Source of the DNA: a virus
Virus record (IMG/VR): IMGVR_UViG_3300014349_000035
Coordinates: 1-52,113 of that record
Strand: one strand, 5' to 3'
DNA length: 52,113 nucleotides
The notes below the pieces were generated by a model, which was not told the origin of the DNA, ran no database searches, and saw only the letters and a list, made by a program, of their open reading frames with translations. Both the position numbers and the translations under genes were made by a program. Shown piece after piece: positions 25,062-34,564 of the stretch (position 1 is the first letter of the stretch; each line of letters begins with the position of its first letter).

Positions 25062-25114
25062 CGCACATCTGAACATCACCATCTTCCAACAGCCGCCAGA
25101 CGGAGGGCGAACGC

Positions 25115-28100
25115 ATGGCCGACACGATCGCCAGCCTGATGATCGTCATCGACGCGGCCCAGGCTGCGCTCGCCGCGGCGAAGATGGACGACGCGACCCG
25201 TGCGGCGGGAAGCCTCGAAACGCAGGTCAAGAAGGTCGGCGACACGTCGAAGGCGGCGGCTGCGGGGATGGCCGCGATCCCGGCTGCGCTGCGTGACATC
25301 GACGCGCGGACGGACGCCCTGCGCGCCTCTGTCGACCCGCTGGCGCTGGCCCAGAAGAAGGCCAACAAGGAGCTTGCCGAGGCCGCCAGCCTTTACCGGC
25401 TCGGCGCGATCTCGGCTCAGGAATACGCGAACTACGGCGCGGTCCTTGAGGGGCGGCTGGAGACCATCACGTCGGCGCAGAACGCGCTGAACATGGCGCA
25501 GGGACGCGGCACCCGGCAGATGGGCCTTACGGCACAGGAAAGCTTGAACCTGTCGCGCCAGATCGCAGACGTGGGCGTCTCGCTCGCCTCCGGGCAGGCG
25601 CTTTGGATGGTCGCGATCCAGCAGGGCGCGCAGCTCGGCGACATCTACCAGACAGCGTCGGCGCGAGGCGTGACCTTCAGCGCCATGATCGGCACGGCGG
25701 GGCGTCAGATTGGCGGCTTCGTGGCCCGGGTCGCGCCAGCGGCGGCCTTGCTTGCCGCCGCTGGCGCCGCCATCGCCCTGCCGTGGAAGGTCGCAGCCGA
25801 GGAGATCGAGGACAGTTCGGAGCGGATCGCGCGAAGCCTCGGCGCCACCGAAACGCAGATGAAGCGCATCAAGGAGGAGGGCGTCGGTATGGGCGACACC
25901 CTCGTCGCCGTGTTCGAGGTCATCGGCCAGCGTGCGTGGAAGGTGTTCGGAGAAGACCTCACGGCACTCGGCAACAGGGCCAAGGGGTTCTACGACGGTC
26001 TCGTCGATGGCGCGGACAAGGCCATCGGATGGATGATCGGCGCGTTCCTCGCCTTCACGCGGACGGTCGGTATCTACCTGGGCAACCTGCCGGCGTTCGC
26101 GTCGGAGGCGATGGTCAATATGGCCAACGCCGTCGTTGGCGGCCTTGAACGCCTGCTGAACGAATTCATCGGCAAGATCAACGCGCTCGGAAACGCGGTT
26201 GAGGCCATCGCAACTGCGCTCGGCCGCAACATCGACATCCCCAACATCCCGGACGTCGACTGGAAGGGCTGGGAGCAGCGGAACACCGGCGCGGCCGTTG
26301 AGACCGTCCGGCGGATGCGTGAGGCGGCTGCTAGCGCTTGGTCGGACGGTGCGGCGATGTGGGACGCCTTCAAGGCGGACGTCGCCCGCGAGGCCGTCAA
26401 CAACGCCATGGGCGACCCGGGCAAGCCGAAGAAGGACCGCGAGGGCCGGAGCGAGAAGGAGGGCGTCGACGAGTTCGCCCGCGCGCTGGACGAGTTCAAC
26501 GACCGGATGCGCGAACGCAACGCCCTGGCGTCGGAATACGAGCGCATCGTCTCTCGGATGCCGACCGGCGAACAGCTCGCCAACGCCGAGTATGCGATGC
26601 TTGCGGGTCGCTCGGCTGACGACCTGGGCCGCGCCGCCGACGAGATGGCGCAACTCGACCGCCTGACGCAGCAGGCCGCCGGAAACATGGCCAGCGCGTT
26701 CGGTCAGGTCGGCAAGGCCATCGGCGGCATGGTCTCGGCAATGTCGCAATACAAGTCGATCCAGTCAGACGCGGCGGCGCGCTCCGCCTACGCGCTGAAG
26801 GCCTACCGCGATGCGATGAAGGGCACCGACCAGGAAGCCCAGAAGCGCACGCTGGAGGAATACTACCGCGTGCAGCGCGAAGGCGCGCGCGAGACCGCTG
26901 CGGCGCAGGTCGACGCCTACGGCTCGATGGCCAGCGCGGCCAAGGGCTTCTTCAAGGAAGGCAGCGACGGCTACAAGGCCATGCAGGCTGTCGAGGCCGG
27001 GTTCCGTGCGTGGCAGATGGCCATGTCGATCCAGGCCATGGTGCAGGACACCACCGAGACGAGTTCCAAGGTCGCGAACTCGATGGTGAAGGGCGGCGCG
27101 TCGGCGGCGGCTGGCGCGGCCAAGATCTTCGAGGCGCTCGGCCCGTTCGGCTTCCCCGTCGTCGCGGCGATGCTTGGCGTCCTCGCTTCGCTGGGCCTCA
27201 ACACCGGAGGCGGCGGCAGCAGTGGCGTCGCGATCTCCGAGCGGCGCCAGCGGGAACAGGGAACGGGAACCGTCCTCGGCGACGCCAACGCCAAGAGCGC
27301 GAGCATCGCCAATGCGCTGGAGATCGTGGCGGCGAACACGAACCGCGACCTCGAATACAGCAACGCCATGCTGCGCGCCCTGCGCTCGATCGACGACCAG
27401 ATCGGCGTCGTCGCGGCGGCCATCGCCCGGCAACTCGGCGCGTCGGGCATCCTCGACACGTCCAGCCTGAACCTCGGCACGTCCGGCAAGGCGCCGTCCC
27501 TGATGACGCTAGGCTTCGGCTCGGTCACGACGCGGACGCTGAAAGACCTCGGCCTCGAGTTCGGATCGCAGTCGCTGGCCGACATCCTCGCCAACGGCAT
27601 CGACGGGGCGGCCTATTCGGTGGTGCAGTCGACCAAGAAGAAGTCGGCCCTCGGCATCACCTACAGCAGCTCGACCTCGACCAAGACGAAGAAGACCGAA
27701 CTCGACGCCGCGCTGGCGGACGAGATCACCCGCGTCATCGGAAGCCTGCGCGACGGCGTGCTGGCGGCGGCTTCGGTGCTGGGCGTCTCCGGCGCCGAGG
27801 CGGTGCTGGCGGCCTTCAAGGTCAACATCGGCAAGATCAGCCTGAAGGACATGACCGGCGCCGAGATCGAGGAGACGCTTCAAGCGGTCTTCTCCAAGGT
27901 CGGCGACGAGATGGCCGGGGCGGTGCTGCCGGGCCTCAAGGCGGTGCAATCGGTCGGCGAGGGCCTGTTCGAGACCCTGATCCGGGTCGCCCGGCAGTAT
28001 CAGGTCATCGACGTCACGCTGTCGACCATCGGCAAGACCTTCGGCATGGTCGGGGTCTCCTCGATCGAGGCCCGCGAGCGGCTGGTCGACCTGTTCGGCT

Positions 28101-29074
28101 CGCTGGACGACTTCACCGAGCAAGTCGGCTTCTACAGCGAGACCTTCCTGACGGAAGCCGAGCGGCTGGCCCCGATCCAGACTGCGGTGACGGCGGAACT
28201 GGCTCGGCTCGGCCTGTCGGGGATCAAGACCCGCGACCAGTTCAAGTCGGTGGTGCAGGGCCTCGACGTCTCCACGGCCGCCGGCGCCGAACTGTTCGCC
28301 GCCCTGATGGCGCTCGCCCCCGCCTTCGCGAAGGTCACGGAGGAGACGCAGGCGGTCACGGACGCCCGGGAGGCCCTTTCGCGGGCCTACGAGCGCGAGA
28401 GCGAGGCGATCCTCGACACCAAGGACCGTTTCGCCCAGCTGGCGGCCGACCTCGGGAAGTTCCGCTCGAGCCTCTACAGCGGCCCGGCGGCGGCCATGTC
28501 GCCAGAGGCCGCGTATCTCGCCGCCCAGGCCGAGTTCGCGCGCGTCCGGGGCCTGGCCCTCGGCGGCAACGAGCAGGCGCTGGGCGAGCTTCAGAGCGTC
28601 AGCCAGGCCTACCTCGACGCCTCGAAAGCCTACTTCGCCTCGTCGCAGGGCTACTTCGCCGACCTTGAGGCCGTCCGGGCGGCGGTCACGGCGGCCGAGG
28701 GCATCGCAGGGGCGCAGGCGACGCTGGCTGAACAGCAGCTCGAACAGCTCAAGTCGCTGGTCTCCGGCTACATCGAGGTCAACGAGAGCGTGCTCTCTGT
28801 TCGCGACGCCGTGGTCGCTCTCCAGACGGCGCTCGGTCTCCCGGCGAACGGCGCGGCTCCGGCCGCCCCGCTGGCGCCTTCGACGCAAGCCGCCAACGAC
28901 AACGCCGCCGCCCAGGCCGCCGCCCTCGACGAGATCAGGCAGGAGCTTGCGGCCCTCAACGCCCGCATGGACGCCAAGTTCGCGCAGGACGCCGCGATCT
29001 ACGCCGCCGAGCGGGCGGACCTCGAAACGCAGACCGAGGCCCTCGCCCGCCGCCTGCGGGATCTCACCGCTTAA
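25115..29074 (+). CDS. tape measure protein
   Basis: 1319 aa, Ala-rich helical, Gly-rich TM-like segment (GPFGFPVVAAMLGVLASLGL). GGAGGG RBS. Position matches a tape measure. Confidence 0.9.
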   Translation: MADTIASLMIVIDAAQAALAAAKMDDATRAAGSLETQVKKVGDTSKAAAAGMAAIPAALRDIDARTDALRASVDPLALAQKKANKELAEAASLYRLGAISAQEYANYGAVLEGRLETITSAQNALNMAQGRGTRQMGLTAQESLNLSRQIADVGVSLASGQALWMVAIQQGAQLGDIYQTASARGVTFSAMIGTAGRQIGGFVARVAPAAALLAAAGAAIALPWKVAAEEIEDSSERIARSLGATETQMKRIKEEGVGMGDTLVAVFEVIGQRAWKVFGEDLTALGNRAKGFYDGLVDGADKAIGWMIGAFLAFTRTVGIYLGNLPAFASEAMVNMANAVVGGLERLLNEFIGKINALGNAVEAIATALGRNIDIPNIPDVDWKGWEQRNTGAAVETVRRMREAAASAWSDGAAMWDAFKADVAREAVNNAMGDPGKPKKDREGRSEKEGVDEFARALDEFNDRMRERNALASEYERIVSRMPTGEQLANAEYAMLAGRSADDLGRAADEMAQLDRLTQQAAGNMASAFGQVGKAIGGMVSAMSQYKSIQSDAAARSAYALKAYRDAMKGTDQEAQKRTLEEYYRVQREGARETAAAQVDAYGSMASAAKGFFKEGSDGYKAMQAVEAGFRAWQMAMSIQAMVQDTTETSSKVANSMVKGGASAAAGAAKIFEALGPFGFPVVAAMLGVLASLGLNTGGGGSSGVAISERRQREQGTGTVLGDANAKSASIANALEIVAANTNRDLEYSNAMLRALRSIDDQIGVVAAAIARQLGASGILDTSSLNLGTSGKAPSLMTLGFGSVTTRTLKDLGLEFGSQSLADILANGIDGAAYSVVQSTKKKSALGITYSSSTSTKTKKTELDAALADEITRVIGSLRDGVLAAASVLGVSGAEAVLAAFKVNIGKISLKDMTGAEIEETLQAVFSKVGDEMAGAVLPGLKAVQSVGEGLFETLIRVARQYQVIDVTLSTIGKTFGMVGVSSIEARERLVDLFGSLDDFTEQVGFYSETFLTEAERLAPIQTAVTAELARLGLSGIKTRDQFKSVVQGLDVSTAAGAELFAALMALAPAFAKVTEETQAVTDAREALSRAYERESEAILDTKDRFAQLAADLGKFRSSLYSGPAAAMSPEAAYLAAQAEFARVRGLALGGNEQALGELQSVSQAYLDASKAYFASSQGYFADLEAVRAAVTAAEGIAGAQATLAEQQLEQLKSLVSGYIEVNESVLSVRDAVVALQTALGLPANGAAPAAPLAPSTQAANDNAAAQAAALDEIRQELAALNARMDAKFAQDAAIYAAERADLETQTEALARRLRDLTA

Positions 29075-29089
29075 CCCACGGAGACCGCC

Positions 29090-31762
29090 GTGACCGTTGT
29101 TACCCGCAACAGCCCGCCCTTCGGCGCGGGCGGACAGGCCGTCGTGTACGTCGGCGAGACCGTCACGGTCGGCTTCCGGCTGACCGACGTCGCCGGCGTG
29201 GTGCAGTCCTACACCGGCCGCACCTTCGGCCTGCAGGTCTATCTCGACGGCGGCTCGAACAAGATCAACGTGAACGGCGCGCTCGTCTCTCACGCTGACG
29301 GCGACTACATCGAGTGCGTCCTGACCGACGCGGAAACCGACAACCTCACTGCCGGCGCGCTCTACGGCTGGGGCTTCGTCGAGTACACCGACGACGGCCC
29401 GATGGTGATCTGCGGCGGCGTGATCAAGGCGGCTGCGGGCGCCACGGCCGCCCAGGCCTCGGGATCGCCCGGGACCGGCTACAGCGGCACGACGCTCTAC
29501 ACGCTGCGCACCGACAGCAACATCGTGACCGTCACCTACCTGGGCACGCCGGGCGCGGGCGTACTGCCGGGCGGAACGGATGGCCAGTTCCTCGTCAAGG
29601 ACGGGGCCAGCGACTACTCGACCGAATGGGTGACGCTCGGGATCGCGCACGTCTCGGGCCTCTCGGCCAGCCTGTCGACCCTGACGTCGGCGGACGTGTC
29701 CCTGACCGCGCGCCTCTCTGCCGAGGAAGATGCGCGCGCCTCTGCCGACACCAGCCTCACCTCCCGGCTGTCGACGGAAGAGGTGACGCGTGCGGCGGCC
29801 GACACCAGCCTGACGAGCCGCCTGAGCGCGGAGGAGGGGGCCCGCGCCGCCGGCGATGCGTCCCTGACGACGCGGATCTCGGCGGAGGAGGTGACGCGGG
29901 CGAACGCGGACGGCTCGCTCACGACGCGGCTGAGCGCCGAGGAAGCCGCCCGCGGCGCGGCCGACACCTCGCTCACGACCCGCCTGTCGACGGAAGAAGA
30001 CACGCGCGCCACGGCCGATACGAGTCTGACCACGCGGCTGGGCATCGAAGAGACGACGCGTTCCACGGCGATCTCCAACGCGACGGTGGCTCAAACTTCC
30101 CTGACCAGCCGGATCAGCACCGAGGAAGGCGCGCGAGCGAGCGCCGATGCGTCGCTAGCCGCGCGCGCCCTAAGCTCTCCAACGATTGTCGGTGAACCTA
30201 TGCTTGGCGGCGGCGACGCCATCGGCGCACCCGCCGTCGCCCCGACGCCAGTGGCCGACGCGGCTGGTGTTTTGACCGGAACCTATCAATACGCCTACGC
30301 CGAGAGCGACGGCACGGGCATGTCGCCGCTATCGCCCATTGGCTCTGTGACGGTCACGGGCAAGAAAATCCTCGTCACCGTGCCGCCACCCCGTCGCGGG
30401 ACTAGCGAGCGCATCCTCTACCGCACGGAGGCCGGGGGGTCAGTGTTCAAGCAGGTGCATAGCTTCGGTGGCGGCAGCCGATTCTTCAAAACAACCGTGC
30501 TTGATAACACCGCCGACGTCGACTTGGGCGCGGTTCACGGAACCACCGGCGCGCATCCGGGGCCGGACACGACCGCGCTTGTCCGCTTCCAGATGGCTGA
30601 GACGGTGATGTCCCTTCGCAGTCACCCTGGCGCCACTGGCAGCGGCCCCGCCGATTTGACGAACCTCATGGGCGACAGCGGCTACACGTCCGGCGCCTAT
30701 TGTCACGACGTTTATGGTGAGTATCTCGGCCGAACCTATCTGGGGAGCACCTTCGCCAGCCAGAAGACCGGCACGAACGGCACTCACTTCTCGGCCTATT
30801 GGACAGACGAGGCGGACGAAACGGGCCTTTCCACGGTCTACCGCCTCAACCCGCGTGGCGGTGTTTCGATTACTCCGACGACGCTTTCTGACCCGTCTCT
30901 GGGAGATGGCCATGCGTTGGCGCATTCGGTGGTCGCGACTCTGCCCAGCGCCCCGACCGGCAATGCGATCGCCATACAGGAGGTCGTGACCGGCGCTGGG
31001 TCGGCGGCATATCGCCAAACCGCGTCGTCGACCCGGTTGTCTGCCGGATACACCGGTTCGGCGCCGACGGTCGCCAAGACGGTGACCAACGCCTCCGCGA
31101 ACCTGGGAACCTCGGTCGGGCTGGAGGCTGCGGCGACCGGCGCGGCGGGGTTGTCGATTGGCGCGGCCGGCCGCGCCAGCGCCGGAACCAAGAGGATCGG
31201 CGTCCTCGGCGACAGCTCGGGGATCAGCCTCGACACCTTCTCGCCGACCTGGCCATCGGGGGTCGGTGGCGCGGGCGGCATGTTCACGAACGGGGCCAAT
31301 ACCGACGACATCCTGATCTGCCTAGACAACGTCACGCCTGTGCTCCGCGTGACGAATGGCGGCGGGTTCGTCGCCGAGGGGCTGAACAGCAACACGTCCA
31401 CCGCCTACGACTTCGCAACGTCCGGCAAGGGCAATTTCCGCATCCTCGCCAATGGCAACACCGACATCAGGCTCGGCTCGACCAACAATGTCCCGGTGCT
31501 GTTCACGGTCAACAGTGCGACCGTGATGAACTTGGGCACGGCAGGGGCCGTTAACTTTGCGGCGTCTTCTGCTGCAACGGCACACGCCAGCGCGCAGGTT
31601 GAAATCACGTCCACCACCAAGGGCTTCCTGCCGCCGCGCATGACGGGAACCCAGCGTGATGCGATCAGCAGCCCGGCCACAGGGCTGGTTGTCTACAACA
31701 CCACGACGCAAAAGCTGAATGTTTACACTGGCGCCGCGTGGGAAGCGGTGACGTCGTCTTAA
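29090..31762 (+). CDS. tail fibre protein with coiled-coil repeat stalk
   Basis: 890 aa from a GTG start. 18-aa tandem repeats. C-terminal GFLPPRMTGTQRDAISSPATGLVVYNTTTQKLNVYTGAAWEAV is a common fibre C-terminal motif. Confidence 0.8.
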   Translation: MTVVTRNSPPFGAGGQAVVYVGETVTVGFRLTDVAGVVQSYTGRTFGLQVYLDGGSNKINVNGALVSHADGDYIECVLTDAETDNLTAGALYGWGFVEYTDDGPMVICGGVIKAAAGATAAQASGSPGTGYSGTTLYTLRTDSNIVTVTYLGTPGAGVLPGGTDGQFLVKDGASDYSTEWVTLGIAHVSGLSASLSTLTSADVSLTARLSAEEDARASADTSLTSRLSTEEVTRAAADTSLTSRLSAEEGARAAGDASLTTRISAEEVTRANADGSLTTRLSAEEAARGAADTSLTTRLSTEEDTRATADTSLTTRLGIEETTRSTAISNATVAQTSLTSRISTEEGARASADASLAARALSSPTIVGEPMLGGGDAIGAPAVAPTPVADAAGVLTGTYQYAYAESDGTGMSPLSPIGSVTVTGKKILVTVPPPRRGTSERILYRTEAGGSVFKQVHSFGGGSRFFKTTVLDNTADVDLGAVHGTTGAHPGPDTTALVRFQMAETVMSLRSHPGATGSGPADLTNLMGDSGYTSGAYCHDVYGEYLGRTYLGSTFASQKTGTNGTHFSAYWTDEADETGLSTVYRLNPRGGVSITPTTLSDPSLGDGHALAHSVVATLPSAPTGNAIAIQEVVTGAGSAAYRQTASSTRLSAGYTGSAPTVAKTVTNASANLGTSVGLEAAATGAAGLSIGAAGRASAGTKRIGVLGDSSGISLDTFSPTWPSGVGGAGGMFTNGANTDDILICLDNVTPVLRVTNGGGFVAEGLNSNTSTAYDFATSGKGNFRILANGNTDIRLGSTNNVPVLFTVNSATVMNLGTAGAVNFAASSAATAHASAQVEITSTTKGFLPPRMTGTQRDAISSPATGLVVYNTTTQKLNVYTGAAWEAVTSS
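29699..30165 (+). repeat. about 8 in-frame tandem copies of a 54-nt (18-aa) unit, SLT(S/T)RLS(A/T)EE..R...AD.
   Basis: SLTARLSAEEDARASADT / SLTSRLSTEEVTRAAADT / SLTSRLSAEEGARAAGDA / SLTTRISAEEVTRANADG / SLTTRLSAEEAARGAADT / SLTTRLSTEEDTRATADT ... Confidence 0.8.
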
Positions 31763-31773
31763 GGGGGCTTCTC

Positions 31774-32070
31774 ATGACCATAACCGCAAACACTGTTGTC
31801 AGCGTTCCGCTGACGGTTGCGCAGGTCGATGTGCTTGTCGCGGCGCTTGGAGACGCGCTTAGGCAGGAAGCGCTTTGCGCCGACCGAAACCCGCTTGATC
31901 GGGCCAATGGGCTGTTGCCGATCGCGACGGCGGCTTACCAGGCCGTGGCGCGCGCTCGCGAGGATGCGGTCCGCAATGCAATCGCCGAGTCGCCGCGCCC
32001 CGAGCCGGAAATCGCCAACGTGGGGCGGCAGGGCCGGACGGCTGAGTGCAAATCCGAGGCCGACGCGTAA
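31774..32070 (+). CDS. hypothetical protein
   Basis: 98 aa from the ATG at 31774. More A/T-ending codons than the neighbours. Confidence 0.45.
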   Translation: MTITANTVVSVPLTVAQVDVLVAALGDALRQEALCADRNPLDRANGLLPIATAAYQAVARAREDAVRNAIAESPRPEPEIANVGRQGRTAECKSEADA

Positions 32071-32172
32071 GCCATGCCACGCCGCCGGGATCTCCGGCTC
32101 GCCCTGGTCCTGGCGGCGGCGCTCTGGGCAGGCGCGGCCGTGGCCGTCGCAAAGCTGCTCTAGGGGCTACCC

Positions 32173-33702
32173 GTGATCGCCATAGAACTGACCGCTGCGA
32201 TCGACAGCGCGGGGACGCTTGCGACCTTCTACCTGTCGGACGACCGTCTCGCGACGCGGGCGGGGGACACCCCGGCGAACACCGCGTTTGAGCCCGCGAT
32301 CCGGTCGGCGGGTTCGATCAAGCAGACGATCTTCGGCGACGGGCGCACCGCGGGCAGCACGAAGCTGGCCTCCAACGAGGTGCGGATCGACAACGCCGAC
32401 GGCCGCTACGACGCATGGCTGAACTACAGCTTCGACGGCCGGCCTCTGGTCATCCGCCGGGGCAACGCGGGCGACGCCTACCCCTCGGCCTGGTCGACGG
32501 TCTTCACCGGCGCCGTCGACGCCCTGACCGTCACCCGCAAGGAAGTGACGATCCGGCTGCGCGACAAGCAGCTGATCTTCGACCGCGCCGTTTCGACCGA
32601 CCGCTACGGCGGGACGAATGTCCTCCCCGCAGGTATCGACGGAACCCCCGATGATCTCGCGGGCAAGGCCAAGCCGCGCGTGCTGGGCCGAGTGCTGAAC
32701 ATCGCCCCGCCCTGCGTCAACACGTCGAAGCTGGTCTATCAGCCGCACAACGGCCAGCTGGCCTCCGTGGACGCGGTCTACGACCAGTGCTTGGCCCTCA
32801 CGTTCGGAGCGGACCACGCGGACGCGGGCGCCCTGCTGGCGGCTACCGTCGCGGCCGGCGCCTACGATACCTGCCTCGCCGAAGGGCTCATCCGGCTTGG
32901 CTCCTCGCCCGCCGGCGAGATCACCTGCGACGTGGCCCAGGGCGCTTCGGCCGTAGACCGCACAGCCGCGGCGCTGCTGCTCGCCCTCGCGCTCGAGGCG
33001 GGCGTCGACGCGCTGGATATCGCCGATGACGATGCGGCCGCGCTCGCCGCCGACGCGCCGGCCGAGCTTGGCATCTGGCTTTCGCAGGGCAACGAGACCT
33101 TCGCCTCAGTCATGGACCAGATCGCGGCGTCGGTCGGCGGGTTCTACCTCTTCGACCCCGCGGGCTCGCTGCGCATGGGGCGGCTTAACGCCCCCGTCGG
33201 CGTCCCGGTCCTGGCGATTGCGGAATACGACGTCGCCGAGCCTTTCGAGCGGCGCCCGGCGCGTGACGGCGACGTGCCGATCTGGCGCGTCACCATCCGG
33301 CACTCCCGCGTCTACACGGTCCAGACGTCCGATATCGCCGGCGCCGTCACCACGGCGAGGCGCGCGCTGGTCGCCCAGGAGTACCGGGCGCAGGTCGCCG
33401 AGAACCCGGCGGTGAAAACGCAATACCTCCTGGCCGGGGAGGAGGCGTTCGACACCCTGCTCGTGAGCGAAGCCGATGCGGCCAACGAGGCGGCCAGGCG
33501 GCTTGCCTTGCGCGGCGTGCGGCGGAACTTCTACGACCTCGGCGTCCCGGCCTCCCTGATCGCTGGGGCGGGCCTCAAGCTCTCGGACCTCGTGACCGTG
33601 ACCTATCCGCGCCTCGGCCTCGCGGCCGGGCCGACCCTCGTGCTGCTCGGCATCGAGCACGACTACTCCCGCAACCGCGCGACCCTGACCCTCTGGGGGT
33701 GA
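32173..33702 (+). CDS. tail (distal tail / baseplate-like) protein
   Basis: 509 aa from a GTG start. Position is downstream of the tape measure. Confidence 0.6.
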   Translation: MIAIELTAAIDSAGTLATFYLSDDRLATRAGDTPANTAFEPAIRSAGSIKQTIFGDGRTAGSTKLASNEVRIDNADGRYDAWLNYSFDGRPLVIRRGNAGDAYPSAWSTVFTGAVDALTVTRKEVTIRLRDKQLIFDRAVSTDRYGGTNVLPAGIDGTPDDLAGKAKPRVLGRVLNIAPPCVNTSKLVYQPHNGQLASVDAVYDQCLALTFGADHADAGALLAATVAAGAYDTCLAEGLIRLGSSPAGEITCDVAQGASAVDRTAAALLLALALEAGVDALDIADDDAAALAADAPAELGIWLSQGNETFASVMDQIAASVGGFYLFDPAGSLRMGRLNAPVGVPVLAIAEYDVAEPFERRPARDGDVPIWRVTIRHSRVYTVQTSDIAGAVTTARRALVAQEYRAQVAENPAVKTQYLLAGEEAFDTLLVSEADAANEAARRLALRGVRRNFYDLGVPASLIAGAGLKLSDLVTVTYPRLGLAAGPTLVLLGIEHDYSRNRATLTLWG

Positions 33703-33706
33703 TCCC

Positions 33707-34564
33707 TTGGCCAACGCCATCCTCGCCTATGGAAACCAGATCGACGGCGCCACGCTCACGGGCGGCTCGTGGGTCTCGACGCTACCGCTGGCCAACCTGC
33801 AGGACCGCACCCTCGGCCGGGTGGCGCGATCAACGGGCGTCCTGACGACGCAGACGCAGTTCGATATCGACTTTGGCGGCACGCGCCTGCTGCGGGTCTT
33901 CGCCCTCGTCGCGCACAACTTCTCGATCGCCGCCCGCTACCGCTTCCGGTTCGCGACCGATCCGGCCTTCTCGACGGTAGTCCTTGACACCGGGTGGACC
34001 GACGTCTGGCCGGTCGTCTACCCGCTCGGCACCGTCCCCTGGGGCTCGCCCAGCTGGTGGACCGGCAAGTACAGCGCCGAGGAGATCGAGGGCTACACCG
34101 CCAGCTGCACGTACATCTTCGCCAGCGCGACCAACGCCCGCTACGTCCGCGTCGAGATCGACGACACGACCAACGAGGACGGGTTCGTCGAGATCGGCCG
34201 CGTCTTTGCCGGCAACGGCTTTCAGCCGGCCCGGAACATGACCTACGGGGCGTCGATCGGGTGGGAGAACCGCACCGAGGTTCAGGAGGCGCTCTCGGGC
34301 GCCGAATACTTCAACGAGCGCCGCGCCTTTCGTGTCGTCCGCTTCGGCCTGGCCGCCATGACCGAAGACGAGGCCATGGCGAACGCCTCCGAACTGATCC
34401 GGGCGATCGGGGTCAGCCGGGAAGTCTTCTTCGTCTGGGATCCTGACGACACCACGCACGCGCTGCGCCGCCAGTTCCTGGGGCGCCTGCGCACGCTCAA
34501 CCCGATCGAGAACGCTGGGCCCGACCGATGGAAGGCGCCTTTTGAAGTCAAGGAGCTGCTCTGA
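33707..34564 (+). CDS. tail protein, function unknown
   Basis: 285 aa from a TTG start, coupled to the next gene (ATGA). Confidence 0.55.
   Translation: MANAILAYGNQIDGATLTGGSWVSTLPLANLQDRTLGRVARSTGVLTTQTQFDIDFGGTRLLRVFALVAHNFSIAARYRFRFATDPAFSTVVLDTGWTDVWPVVYPLGTVPWGSPSWWTGKYSAEEIEGYTASCTYIFASATNARYVRVEIDDTTNEDGFVEIGRVFAGNGFQPARNMTYGASIGWENRTEVQEALSGAEYFNERRAFRVVRFGLAAMTEDEAMANASELIRAIGVSREVFFVWDPDDTTHALRRQFLGRLRTLNPIENAGPDRWKAPFEVKELL

Noticed and set aside
27509-30094. Very long minus-strand ORFs opposite well-supported genes. Examples: 27509..30094 (861 aa), 19853..21775 (640 aa), 25076..26749 (557 aa), 10961..12466, 15005..16480, 13031..14134, 7986..9083, 1325..2335.
   Set aside because: They translate to Arg/Gly/Ala/Pro-rich low-complexity text with no motifs. 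They lie antisense to genes with clear family signatures. They are the stop-poor shadow frames expected in DNA with G/C-rich third-codon positions.
29699-30165. Diversity-generating retroelement (DGR) targeting the repetitive tail fibre.
   Set aside because: There is no reverse transcriptase gene anywhere in the window and no template/variable repeat pair with adenine-specific differences. The repeats are tandem structural coiled-coil units.
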